From Centroscyllium fabricii (taxonomy: Eukaryota): DNA of 64,000 nt. The position numbers were made by a program, and so were the translations under genes. The first letter of the stretch is position 1; each line of letters opens with the position of its first letter. The stretch lies in NCBI GenBank assembly GCA_051313645.2, contig JBNRSN020000013.1:3906001-3970000 (forward strand), written 5' to 3'. The notes under the pieces are model-generated. The model was not told where the DNA came from and ran no database searches. It worked only from the letters and a program-made list of their open reading frames with translations. Shown here piece after piece: positions 10,227 to 21,679 of this stretch.

Positions 10227-13200
10227 TGTAGCGCCGGCAGGCCTAGGAACCACACGTGAGCCAGAGCTAGAGAGAACACAGCTTTAATCAACTAGTACAA
10301 AACAAGAAAAAGAGTGAACCACTCGAGACAGGCATATTTAAACGGTCCCGCGGTTGGTGACGTCATCGCATCGGCCGACGTGGTGACGTCGTCGCGTCAG
10401 CCGGATGAGCGGAGCTTTGCTCCGCGGAGTCCCCGTGGCAGATTCGATGCCCCAGTGGGCGTGTCGCCACATAGCTCCCCCCAGAATCCGTCCGGGAGGA
10501 ATAGTGACAGTATCTATGTATGCCGTTGGGGTGGCCGGATGATGCGGCCGGACCGTGTTGCTTGTAGCCTCTGGTTCTGCGGTGGAGTGTGGGCGGGTTT
10601 TGTTGCGGGAGGGCGACTGCGTTGAGGTGGTTGTGCGGGGACCGTAGTCTCGCCCGCTATCACGTGTGCCGGCTTGAGCCGGTCTATTGTTACAGTGTCA
10701 GTCCTGTTACCCATTTGTATTTCGAAAGCTTTCGCTCCCGCCCGAAGCACTCTGCAGGGGCCATCGTAAGGTGGCTGTAGTGGAGATCGGTGTCCGTCGC
10801 GCCGGACGAACACAAATTTAGCATTTTTAATGTTGTCCGGCACCCGAGCTGCTGGCTCTCCGTGCCGGGCCACTGGTAGTGGCTGGAAAGCTCGTGCCGG
10901 GTTAGCAAAATCTTTTAAATACTGGTCGGCTGACCAGGGAGCGTTGGGCTCAGCTAGGAACTCGCCCGGCACTGCTAAAGTTTGGCCGTAGACGAGCTCC
11001 GCTGCCGAGGCGTTGAGGTCTTCTTTGACTGCCGAGCGCAGCCCGAGGAGGACCCATGGAAGGCGGTCGGTCCACGATGCGTCTTTTAGCGTGGCCCGTA
11101 GTGATGCCTTCATAGAGCGGTGGAACCGTTCGCATAGGCCGTTCGCCTGTGGGTGATATGCGGTGGTTCGGTGTAGCGTTACCCCGAGGTCGCGGGTGAT
11201 GGCCGCCCATAATGCCGACGTAAACTGGGGTCCTCTGTCGGAGGTGATGTCTGTGGGCACGCCGAATCGGGCGACCCAGGTGGCGATGAACGCCCTGGCC
11301 AAATCTGTGGTGCCGGTGGCGGTGAGGGGGACTGCTTCTGGCCAGCGAGTGCTGCGGTCGACCATGGTCATTAGGTGCGTGTGGCCCCGGGATGGCGGTA
11401 GTGGCCCGACGAGATCGATGTGGACATGGTCAAAACGCCTGGCCGGTACTTTAAAATTTTCCAGCGGTGCCCTGATGTGCTTATGCACTTTGGAGCGCTG
11501 GCAGGCTATGCAGGAGCTGGCCCAGGCGCGGACATCCTTGCGCAGGCCGCGCCATACGAATCGGGCCGATATTAACTTAATGGACGCGCGGGCGCCGGGG
11601 TGGGATAGGTCGTGGAGGGTCCTAAAAATATGTTGCCTCCAAGCGTGGGGCACGACGGGCCTGGGTTGCGGTAAGGATACGTCGCAGCAGACGACGGTGG
11701 CAGCGGGGCCGTGCGCGATATTGGCCAAGTGGAGGCCAGGAAGATTGGTTGCTGCGTTGAGTAGGTTAGGGTCGGCCAGCTGGTCCGCGGCCAGCTGGGC
11801 GTAATCGACCGCCATTTGGGCGGCGTTAATGGTGGGGCGTGAGAGGCATTCAGCGACCACGTTGTCGCGGCCGGAAATATGCTGGATGTTGGTTGTAAAT
11901 TCCGACACGGCCGTGAGTTGGCGCTGCTGCCTGGCCGACCAGGGTTCAGCGACCTTAGCCATCGCAAATGTGAGTGGCTTATGGTCGCTGAAGGCTGTAA
12001 AGTGGCGGCCCTCCAAGAGGAAACGAAAATGTCGCATCGCCAGATGGAGAGCAAGCAGCTCCCTATCAAAGGTGCTGTATTTAACCTCTGGGGGCCGGAG
12101 TTGCCGGCTGAAAAAGGCCAAGGGCTGCCACGAGTTGCTGGTCCACTGCTCAAATACGGCCCCGACCGCGTGGTCGGAGGCGTCGGTGGTGAGGGCAACT
12201 CTGGCGTTGGGCCTAGGGTGGGCTAGGAGGGTGGCATTTGCCAGGGCGGTTTTAGTTGCGGTAAAGGCGGTGGCGGCTTCGGCCGTCCACTCGACCGCAG
12301 CCTTATTGGACTGCCCGCGGGTGGCCTGGTATAAGGGGGCCATGAGAGCGGCTGCTCCTGGGATAAAGCGGTTATAAAAATTAACCATCCCCAGAAATTC
12401 CTGCAGCCCTTTAATGGAGTGCGGGCGGGGGAATTCTTGTACCACCTGCACCTTAGAGGGCAGGGGTATGGCCCCTGTTTGGGAAATGCGGTGGCCGAGG
12501 AAGTCAATGGTCTCGAGGCCGAATTTACATTTAGTGGGGCTTAAGATAAGGCCGTGTTCAGTAAGGCGTTGGAACAGGGTCCTGAGGTGCAGGTGGTGTT
12601 CCTGGGGGGAGGTGCTGGCCACGAGGATGTCGTCTAAGTAGACGAAGATGAACTTCAAGTCCCGTAGGACCGAGTCCATGAGGCACTGGAAGGCCTGGGC
12701 CGCGTTTTTAAGGCCGAAGGGCATCCTAAGAAACTCGAAGAGTCCGAAGGGGGTAATTACGGCCGTTTTAGGAATGTCCGCCGGGTGTACCGGAACCTGG
12801 TGGTAGCCACGCACCAGGTCGATATTAGAAAAGATCGTACAACCCGCTAGTCTGGCGGAAAAATCCTGGATGTGGGGTACGGGGTACCTATCCGGGGTGG
12901 TGGCATTGTTAAGGTGGCGGTAGTCGCCGCAGGGGCGCCAGCCTCCGTCGGGCTTGGGGGCTATGTGGAGCGGAGAGGACCAGGGGCTGCTGGAGCGGCG
13001 GATTATACCGAGTTGCTCCATAGTGCGGAACTCGGTGTGCGCGATCTCCTGCTTGGCCGGGTCGAGCCTGCGGGCGTGGGCATGGACAGGAGGGCCTGTG
13101 GTAGTAATGAAATGTTCCACCCCGTGTTTGGCCTTGCGGGCGGTGAACGTGGGGTTGGTTAGGGCGGGGAACTCTGCCAGGAGCGTGCCGTAGGCATCGG

Positions 13201-14068
13201 AGTCCCTGGAGCGGCAATGGGCTGCCGTGTGGGCCAGGAGTGCGGGCCCTGTGGAGCATGGGATAGTCGTCATGGTGTTTATATTCACCAAGCGGCGCCG
13301 AGTTACATCGACCAGTAGGCCGTAGGTGCAGAGGAAGTCTGCCCCGAGGAGGGGAGAAGTGACCTGGGCCGTTACAAAATCCCAGGTGTACGCGTGGCTT
13401 GCAAGGGTTATGGTTAGCTTGCGGGTGCCGTACGTATTTATATTAGAGCCGTTGGCTGCCGCTAGTGGCGGGCCCCGGGTACCTCGTTTGGTTTCTGCCT
13501 GCGCTGGGCACGCGCTGTATTTTTGACCACATCCGATCAATCGTCGTCTGTGGTAGGGCTGTGAACACCAAGTCATAGTGGTCGTCCCCGTGGATGCCAT
13601 GTGTGCGGCAGCTGGCCTCGATGCAGACGAACCAGGCCGCTGGCCGTTGCTCCCAGAACTTGGGTAGAGTCAATCCACGTCCGGCGTTCTGTCCAGCTCC
13701 CTGCGTTCGTGGAGCTTGGTTTCTTGTGTTTACCATGTTCTCTGATAAAAGTCTTTGGCTGGTGGTCCCAGATCCCGCGGCAGCTTTTCTTCTCTGGAAG
13801 TCGTTCCAGTTCGGGGTCACCACTGTAGCGCCGGCAGGCCTAGGAACCACACGTGAGCCAGAGCTAGAGAGAACACAGCTTTAATCAACTAGTACAAAAC
13901 AAGAAAAAGAGTGAACCACTCGAGACAGGCATATTTAAACGGTCCCGCGGTTGGTGACGTCATCGCGTCGGCCGACGTGGTGACGTCGTCGCGTCACCCG
14001 GATGAGCGGAGCTTTGCTCCGCGGAGTCCCCGTGGCCGATTCGATGCCCCAGTGGGCGTGTCGCCACA
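10227..14068 (-). mobile_element. Gypsy element B (CsRn1-like) inserted in the 5' LTR of A; LTRs 13824-14068 and 10227-10471
   Basis: 4-bp TSD CCAC; 245-bp LTRs with 3 differences; PBS TGGTGACCCCGA complementary to the tRNA-Trp 3' end; PPT GGGGGGAG. Gag is mostly deleted. Confidence 0.93.
10514..13540 (-). CDS. pol: Pol of element B (truncated protease, RT, RNase H, integrase)
   Basis: Open frame with [29 protein letters not shown] and D-D-E integrase (IDLVGP, TSDRG, LCERFH). The protease DTG motif is lost at the gag deletion junction. Confidence 0.92.
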   Translation of the reverse strand: MIGCGQKYSACPAQAETKRGTRGPPLAAANGSNINTYGTRKLTITLASHAYTWDFVTAQVTSPLLGADFLCTYGLLVDVTRRRLVNINTMTTIPCSTGPALLAHTAAHCRSRDSDAYGTLLAEFPALTNPTFTARKAKHGVEHFITTTGPPVHAHARRLDPAKQEIAHTEFRTMEQLGIIRRSSSPWSSPLHIAPKPDGGWRPCGDYRHLNNATTPDRYPVPHIQDFSARLAGCTIFSNIDLVRGYHQVPVHPADIPKTAVITPFGLFEFLRMPFGLKNAAQAFQCLMDSVLRDLKFIFVYLDDILVASTSPQEHHLHLRTLFQRLTEHGLILSPTKCKFGLETIDFLGHRISQTGAIPLPSKVQVVQEFPRPHSIKGLQEFLGMVNFYNRFIPGAAALMAPLYQATRGQSNKAAVEWTAEAATAFTATKTALANATLLAHPRPNARVALTTDASDHAVGAVFEQWTSNSWQPLAFFSRQLRPPEVKYSTFDRELLALHLAMRHFRFLLEGRHFTAFSDHKPLTFAMAKVAEPWSARQQRQLTAVSEFTTNIQHISGRDNVVAECLSRPTINAAQMAVDYAQLAADQLADPNLLNAATNLPGLHLANIAHGPAATVVCCDVSLPQPRPVVPHAWRQHIFRTLHDLSHPGARASIKLISARFVWRGLRKDVRAWASSCIACQRSKVHKHIRAPLENFKVPARRFDHVHIDLVGPLPPSRGHTHLMTMVDRSTRWPEAVPLTATGTTDLARAFIATWVARFGVPTDITSDRGPQFTSALWAAITRDLGVTLHRTTAYHPQANGLCERFHRSMKASLRATLKDASWTDRLPWVLLGLRSAVKEDLNASAAELVYGQTLAVPGEFLAEPNAPWSADQYLKDFANPARAFQPLPVARHGEPAARVPDNIKNAKFVFVRRDGHRSPLQPPYDGPCRVLRAGAKAFEIQMGNRTDTVTIDRLKPAHVIAGETTVPAQPPQRSRPPATKPAHTPPQNQRLQATRSGRIIRPPQRHT

Positions 14069-14363
14069 CCACCCTAATATTGTCACCAATATTATATGTA
14101 TGTATAGCGGTCGGGTGCATGATGCAACTGTCCTGTATTGCGACACTGTCGCGGGGCCAGGTCAGCCACACCTCTAACTCCTCCCCTCAGGTGAGTGCCT
14201 TATAGTTGGGGACTGACCGGCCCCCATTCATTCTGTACCTGATGTTCGATCGGAGCGTAGCTCCATTGTAAGCTAATAAAAGCCTTTAGTTAAGGTAACT
14301 ACGCGTCTTAGTTTTATTAGACTATTGACGATACGTCAATTTTATTAGCTTAGAAATTTTGAA

Positions 14364-15824
14364 ATGGAGAGCGGCGCTGTGAAACACAAAAAGCTGGACA
14401 TTAGTCCACAGGACCCAGCTGCCGCCAACACCTTCGAACACTGGTTCGGTCTCCTGGAGGCCTACATGGACGCCGCCAAGGCTACAACCGAGGGGAACAA
14501 ACTACAGGTTCTCCGATCCAGGATCTCCAGCCGGGTATTCTCCTTCATCCGTGACGCCAAAACGTACCCCGATGCGGTGGCTAAACTGAAGAAATGCTAC
14601 GAGCGCCCGGTCCACTCAGTCTACGCCAGACATGTGCTCGCGACCAGACCACAACTACCGAGTGAGTCAAACGAACAGTTCGAGCAGGCGCTCCAAGCCC
14701 TGGTCCGGGTCTGTGGCTGCCAACCACGGACGGCAGAAGAGGAGGCGAACCTCCTCGTCCGGGACGCCTATGTAACGGGACTCAGGTCCGCAGAGGCCCG
14801 TCAGCGGCTGCTGGAAAAAGACACTCTAACTCAGGAGGACGCGATCTCTATCGCCAACGCCGTGGAGGGCGCACGCCGCAAGCTGCAGGCGTACGGCGGC
14901 CCAAACCCACAGGCCTACGACGCGTGGGCAGTCCCACAACGGGTCGAGACCCCTACTATGGCAGCGGCAGCTGCGAAGATGCCGGTGGAGAAGAAATGCT
15001 ATTTCTGCGGCCAGGGACTACAGCCACGGGCGAGATGCCCAGCGAAGACTGCGACCTGCGAAAGGTGCTCAAAGAAAGGACACTACGCCAAGGCCTGCAG
15101 ATCAGCCCCGGCGTCCAGCTCCAGGTACAACAGCGCGGCCTGCGAAAGTTCCAACACCGGCCCTTGGCCTCAGGTATGCTGCAACTGCAGTGCGACCCAG
15201 CGACGGTCCGGGGTTAGAGTACAAGCGCCCCCGTCTCCCACCCTGAGGCGGCAGAGGCCGGTTGCACCCACGGCACGCCAAACTCAGCCATGGCCGGCCA
15301 TGCGCGATCCCCCAACTCCGGCATCCCGCCCAGCGCGGCTCGCTGCGTGCGAATCACGGGCACCGCCAACCCAGCCACCGCGGTCCGCTGCATGTGAACC
15401 ACGGGCACCGCCATCGCGTCTACAGTGGCCCACCGCGTGCGAACCACGGGCACCACCATCTTGTCTGCAGCGGCCCGCCATGTGCGGCCCCCCGGCGCCG
15501 CCATCTTGTCTTCAGCGACCAGCCATGTGCGACTCTCCGGCGCCGCCATTTTGTCCCCAGAGGCCGGCCATGTGTGAACCACGGGCGCCGCCATCTTGTG
15601 TACGGCCCCGACCAGTGGAGGGCTCCCACACACACACACACACTTCGGCCTCAGCCATCCCGAAAGTCGATCAGCCTAGGCCGCACACTCTATCAAATTC
15701 CATGATGGGGATTAAAGTCAACGGCCATGCCACGAACTGCCTGTTCGACACCGGAAACACAGAAAGCTTCATTCACCCCGATACAGCGCAGCGCTACGGA
15801 CTGCAGATCCTGCCCACGCGCTAA
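14364..15824 (+). CDS. gag: Gag and start of protease of element A; premature TAA where C has TAC
   Basis: Zinc knuckle CERCSKKGHYAKAC (first knuckle degenerate), Pro-rich repeats and LFDTG protease motif. Confidence 0.88.
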   Translation: MESGAVKHKKLDISPQDPAAANTFEHWFGLLEAYMDAAKATTEGNKLQVLRSRISSRVFSFIRDAKTYPDAVAKLKKCYERPVHSVYARHVLATRPQLPSESNEQFEQALQALVRVCGCQPRTAEEEANLLVRDAYVTGLRSAEARQRLLEKDTLTQEDAISIANAVEGARRKLQAYGGPNPQAYDAWAVPQRVETPTMAAAAAKMPVEKKCYFCGQGLQPRARCPAKTATCERCSKKGHYAKACRSAPASSSRYNSAACESSNTGPWPQVCCNCSATQRRSGVRVQAPPSPTLRRQRPVAPTARQTQPWPAMRDPPTPASRPARLAACESRAPPTQPPRSAACEPRAPPSRLQWPTACEPRAPPSCLQRPAMCGPPAPPSCLQRPAMCDSPAPPFCPQRPAMCEPRAPPSCVRPRPVEGSHTHTHTSASAIPKVDQPRPHTLSNSMMGIKVNGHATNCLFDTGNTESFIHPDTAQRYGLQILPTR

Positions 15825-16828
15825 CAGGTCTCCCTTGCTTCACAGTCCCACACCGCGGACGTCACCGGCTACTGCTCCGTCACGCTCACAGTTAAGGGCT
15901 GCGTGTACCGTAATTTTAAATTGTACATTCTGAAACAGTTGTGCCCCCCAGTCTTACTGGGACTGGATTTCCAGTGCCACCTTAAGAGCTTGACAATGGA
16001 GTTCGGCGGGACCCTGCCCCCCTTCACCGTCAGTAGCAGGGACAATCTCTTCCCAAAGCTGAGCCCGGCCTGCGGCCTCTCCACCCTGAAAGTCGACCCA
16101 CCCTCACTGTTCGCCAACCTCGACCCCAACTGCAAGCACATTGCTACTAAGAGTCGGCGGTACAGTGCAGGGGATCGGACGCTTATCAGGTCGGTGGTTG
16201 GGCGTATGCTAAAGGAGGGGATAATTGAAGCCAGCACCAGCCCCTGGCGGGCCCAAGTTGTAGAGGTTAAGACTGGCGAGAAACATCGGATGGTTATCGA
16301 TTACAGCCAGACCATTAACCGCTACACCGGGCTCGATGCCTACCCCCTCCCCCGCATCTCGGAAATGGTTAACCAGATCGCCCAATACAAGGTGTTCTCC
16401 ACAATCGACCTTAAGTTGGCGTATCACCAACTCCCGATCCGGAAAGCCGACCGCCCGTACACCGCCTTCGAGGCGAACGGTCGGCTCTACCACTTCCTCC
16501 GGGTCCCCTTCGGCGTGACCAACGGAGTGTCGGTGTTCCAAAGGGAGATGGACCACATGGTTGATCAGAACGGGTTGCAGGCCACCTTCCCCTACCTGGA
16601 CAACGTGACCATCTGCGGCCATGACCAGCAGGACCACGATGCCAATCTGGCCAAATTCCTCGACACAGCGAAACGGCTAGATCTCACATACAACAAAGAC
16701 AAGTGTGTCTTTAGTACAGATCGGCTCGCCATCCTCGGATACGTGGTGGAAAACGGGGATTTCGGCCCCGACCCACAGCGTATGCGCCACTTACAGGAAC
16801 TGCCCCTTCCTCACAACCCCTATGCCCT
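15825..16828 (+). pseudogene. pol: Element A pol, RT part (interrupted by element C)
   Basis: MVIDYS, VPFGVTNG and YLDN motifs; the frame resumes at 21680. Confidence 0.9.
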
Positions 16829-19800
16829 TGTGGTAACCATAATTGTCTATAGTTTACCACTACAATATTGGTGCCAATATTGCCATGTATAATAGTTAAA
16901 CATGTTGCGACACTGTCGTGGAGCCAGGTCAGCCACACCTCTAACTCCTCCCCCAGGTGAGGCCCTTTATAGGTGAGGACTGACCGGGCTCACTCATTCT
17001 GTTCCTGTTTGTTCGTTCGGAGTGTAGCTCCAAAGTAAGTCAATAAAAGCCTGTAGTTAAGGTCACTACTCGTCTTTGACTTTATTGAGTAAATTGACGA
17101 TACGTCAATTTTATTGACTTAAAAAATTTGAAATGGAGAGCGGTGCGGTAAAACCGGAGAAGCTGGACATCAGTCCACAGGACCCAGCCACCGACACTAC
17201 CTACGAACACTGGTTCGGTCTCCTGGAGGCCTACATGGATGCCCCCAAGTATACAACCGACGGGAACAAGCTACAGGTTCTCCGGTCTAGGATCTCCAGC
17301 CGAGTATTCTCCCTCATTCGGGACGCCAAAACCTACCCAGTGGCAGTGGAGAAACTGCGAAAATGTTACGAGCGCCCCGTCCACTCGGTCTACGCCAGAC
17401 ATGTGCTAGCGACCAGACCACAACTACCGGGTGAGTCGAATGAGCAATTTGAGCAGGCACTCCAGGCCCTGGTACGGGTCTGTGGCTGCCAACCACGGAC
17501 AGCAGAGGAGGAGGCGAATCTCCTCGTCCGTGATGCCTACGTAACAGGCCTAAGGTGCGTTGAGGTCCGCCAGCGGCTGCTAGAGAAAGACTCTTTAACC
17601 CTAGAGGAGGCGATCGCCATCTCGAACTCGGTGGAAGGGGCACGCAACAAGCTGCAGGCATACAGCGGCACAAACCCGCAGGTCTACGACGCGTGGGCCG
17701 CGCCACAACGGGCCCAGGCCTGGGCAGCACCACAACGGGCCGAGACCCCCACGATGGCCGCAACAGCCGCAAAGACGCAGGCGGACAGACGGTGCTACTT
17801 CTGCGGCCAGGGACTGCATCCACGGGCGAGATGCCCAGTGAAGACCGCGACCTGCGAGAGGTGCTCCAAGAAGGGACACTATGCAAAGGCCTGCAGATCA
17901 GCCCCGGCGCCCAACTCCAGGTACAACAGTGCAGCCTGCGAAAGCTCCGCCAGGACTCAGGTAAGCTGCAATTGCAGCGCGATCCAGCGACGGTCCGGCG
18001 GTAGAAGAAAAACGCCCCCATCTCCCACCCTGATGCGGCAAAGGCCGGCTGCACCCACGGCACGCCAAGCTCAGCCACGGCCGGCCAAGCGCGGCCCCCC
18101 AACGCCAGCAGCACACCCAGCGCGGCCCGCTGCGTGCGAAGCACGGGCACCGCCAACCCAACCACCGCGGCTCGCTGCGTGCGAACCACGGGCACCGCCA
18201 ACCCAGCCACCACGGCTCGCCGCGTGCGAACCACGGGCGCCGCCAGCACGCTCACAGCGGTCAGCCGCGTGCGAACCACGGGCGTCGCCATCTTGTCTCC
18301 AGCGGCCCGCCATGTGCGACCCCCCAGCGCCGCCATCTTGTCTCCAGCGGCCCGCCATGTGCGAACCACGGGCGCCGCCATCTTGTGTACAGCCCCAACC
18401 AGCAGGGGGCCCCCACACACAAACGCACACTTCGGCCTCAGCCATACCAAAAGTCGACCAGGCTAGGCTGCACACCCTATCGAACTCGATCATGCCGATC
18501 AAAATTAACGGCCATACTACTAATTGCCTGTTCGACACTGGAAGCACAGAGAGCTTCATCCACCCCGATACAGCGCAGCGCTACGGACTGCAGATCCTGC
18601 CCACGCGCTACCAAGTCTCCCTTGCTTCACAGTCCCACACCGCGGACATCACCGGCTACTGCTCCGTCACGCTTACAGTCAAGGGTTGCATGTACCATAA
18701 CTTTAAGTTGTACACCCTCAAGCAGTTGTGCGCCCCAGCCTTACTAGGTCTAGATTTCCAGTGCCACCTCAAGAGCGTGACAATGGAGTTCGGCGGGACC
18801 CTGCCCCCCCTCACCGTCAGTAGCCGGGACAGTCCCTTCCCAAAGCGGAGCCCGGCCTGCGGCCTCTCCACCCTGAAAATCGACCCCCCTCACTGTTCGC
18901 CAATCTCGACCCCAACTGCAAGCCTATTGCTACTAAGAGTCGGCGGTATAGTGTGGGTGATCGGACATTTATCAGGTCGGAGGTCGGGCGTATGCTGAAG
19001 GAGGGGATAATTGAAGCCAGCACCAGCCCCTGGCGGGCCCAGGTTGTAGTGGTGAAGACTGGCGAGAAACAGCGGCTGGTTATCGATTACAGCCAGACTA
19101 TTAACCGCTACACCGGGCTCGACGCCTCCCCCCTCCCCCGCATCTCGGACATGGTCAACCAGATCGCCCAATATAAGGTGTTCTCCACGATCGACCTTAA
19201 GTCGGCGTATCACCAACTCCCGATCCGGAAAGCCGACAGCCCATACACCGCCTTCGAGGCGAACGGTCGGCTCTACCACTTGCTCCGGGTCCCCTTTGGC
19301 GTGACCAATGGAGTGTCAGTGTTCCAACGGGAGATGGACCGCATGGTTGACCAGAATGGGTTGCGGGCCACCTTCCCTTACCTGGACAACGTGACCATCT
19401 GCGGCCACGACCAGCAGGACCACGATGCCAATCTGGCCAAATTCCTTGACACGGCGGAACGGCTGGACCTTGCGTATAACGAGGACAAATGTGTCTTTAA
19501 TACAGATCGGCTCGCCATCCTCGGATACGTGGTGGAGAATGGGGTCCTCAGTCCCGACCCACAGCGTATGCGCCCCTTACAGGAACTGCCCCTTCCTCGA
19601 ACTGCCCCTTCCTCACAACCCCAAAGCCTTGAGGAGATGCCTAGGATTTTTCTCCTACTACGCACAATGGGTCTCACAGTTCGCGGACAAGGCTAGATCA
19701 CTTCTCAAGGCTGCCGTCTTCCCCCTCTCGGTAGAAGCCCAAACGGCATTCGCCCGGATAAAGGAAGACATCATCAAGGCGACCATGCACGCCGTTGATG

Positions 19801-21674
19801 AATCCATCCCTTTCCAGGTGGAGAGTGACGCTTCAGACTTTGCCCTCGCCGCCACCCTGAACCAGGCAGGCAGGCCCATAGCGTTTTTCTCCCGCACCTT
19901 ACAGGGACCCGAAATTCGCCACTCTGCAGTGGAAAAGGAGGCCCAGGCCATCGTGGAGGCCGTGCGCTACTGGCGTCATTACCTGGCCGGTAAGCGTTTT
20001 ACCCTACTCACCAACCAGCGGTCGGTGGCGTTTATGTTTAACAATGAACAAAAGGGTAAGATCAAGAATGATAAGATCCTGCGGTGGCGGATCGAGCTCT
20101 CGACTTACGAGTACGACATTCTTTACCGACCAGGTAAACTCAATGAACCCCCGGACGCACTGTCCAGGGGAACGTGCGCCAGTGCCCAGCTAGACCGGCT
20201 GAAGGATCTCCACGATCGCCTCTGCCACCCGGGTGTCACCAGACTTGCCCACTTCATCAAATCCCGTAGCCTCCCCTACTCCATCACGGAGATCAAGGCT
20301 ATGACCCGAGAGTGCCCTGTTTTCGCCGAGTGCAAACCCCAATTTTTCCGGCCATACACGGCGCACCTCATTAAGGCCACCTGCCCCTTTGAACGTCTCA
20401 GCGTGGACTTCAAAGGCCCCCCCCCTCCACCGACCGCAACTCGTACTTCCTCACGGTCGTAGATGAGTTCTCCCGCTTCCCCTTCGCCTTCCCCTGCCCA
20501 GATATGACGAGCGCAACGGTGATCAAACACTTCACCACACTGTTCGTCATTTTCGGTCTCCCCAGCTACATTCATAGTGACCGGGGGTCATCGTTTATGA
20601 GCGATGAACTGCGTCAGTTTCTGCTCCAGAAAGGGGTTGCCTCGAGCAGAACGACCAGCTACAACCCCCGGGGGAACGGCCAGGTAGAAAGGGAGAATGG
20701 GATTATTTGGATGGCGGTCACCCTGGCTCTGAAGTCCAGAGGCCTTCCAGTGTCCCATTGACAGGCAGTCCTCCCAGACGCGCTGCACTCGATACGTTCT
20801 CTGTTATGTACGGCCACCAACGCCACCCCTCATGATTTAATGTTTTCCTTTCCCAGGAAGTCGACTTCGGGGACAGCTCTTCCTCCATGGCTCACGACAC
20901 CGGGGCCGGTCTTCCTTAGAAAACACGTCCGCGGCCACAAGAGTGACCCCCTGGTGGACAAGGTGCAGCTCCTGCACGCCAACCCACAGTACGCGTACGT
21001 GCAGTTCCCGGACAGGCGCGAGGACACCATCTCCATCAGGGACCTAGCGCCCGCCGGGAGCACCACAGCAGAGCCACTGGCCGGGCAGCAGCCCGCCCAG
21101 TCACGATGTTTCGAACACTCCCTGCACCTAGAGTGGCCACCAAGGTACCCAGAGCCCCAGCCGTGGCCAGCACAAGACCACCATTCGGATGGCTCGGATC
21201 AACCGATACCACCAGCATCTGAAGTTTCGGCACCAGCGCCGCTGTCACCCCCACCGGACCCGAGCGGGACGGACCATACAGAACTTCTGCCAGAGCCCCG
21301 GCGGTCCTCCAGACAGACGCGACCGCCGGACAAATTGATATTGAACTGCTCTGTCCATTCACCCCGCCGGACTTAAATTTTCAAGAAGGGGTGAATATGG
21401 TAACCATAATTGTCTATAGTTTACCACTACAATATTGGTGCCAATATTGCCATGTATAATAGTTAAACATGTTGCGACACTGTCGTGGAGCCAGGTCAGC
21501 CACACCTCTAACTCCTCCCCCAGGTGAGGCCCTTTATAGGTGAGGACTGACCGGGCTCACTCATTCTGTTCCTGTTTGTTCGTTCAGAGTGTAGCTCCAA
21601 AGTAAGTCAATAAAAGCCTGTAGTTATGGTCACTACTCGTCTTTGACTTTATTGAGTAAATTGACGATACGTCA
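16829..21674 (+). mobile_element. Gypsy element C (sister family of A) inserted in A pol; LTRs 16829-17107 and 21396-21674
   Basis: 5-bp TSD GCCCT; 279-bp LTRs with about 3 differences; same PPT as A. Confidence 0.95.
17133..21376 (+). pseudogene. gag-pol: Disrupted gag-pol of element C
   Basis: Two CCHC knuckles, LFDTGS, YLDN RT, SDASD RNase H and integrase. Frameshifts near 18890, 19600 (16-bp duplication GAACTGCCCCTTCCTC) and 20420; stop at 20759. Confidence 0.9.
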
Positions 21675-21679
21675 GCCCT

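Noticed and set aside
10589-13526. Many 60-210 aa ORFs overlapping Gypsy pol (also within A, C, D and B2)
   Set aside because: Alternative-frame or antisense shadows of GC-rich coding sequence with no motifs.
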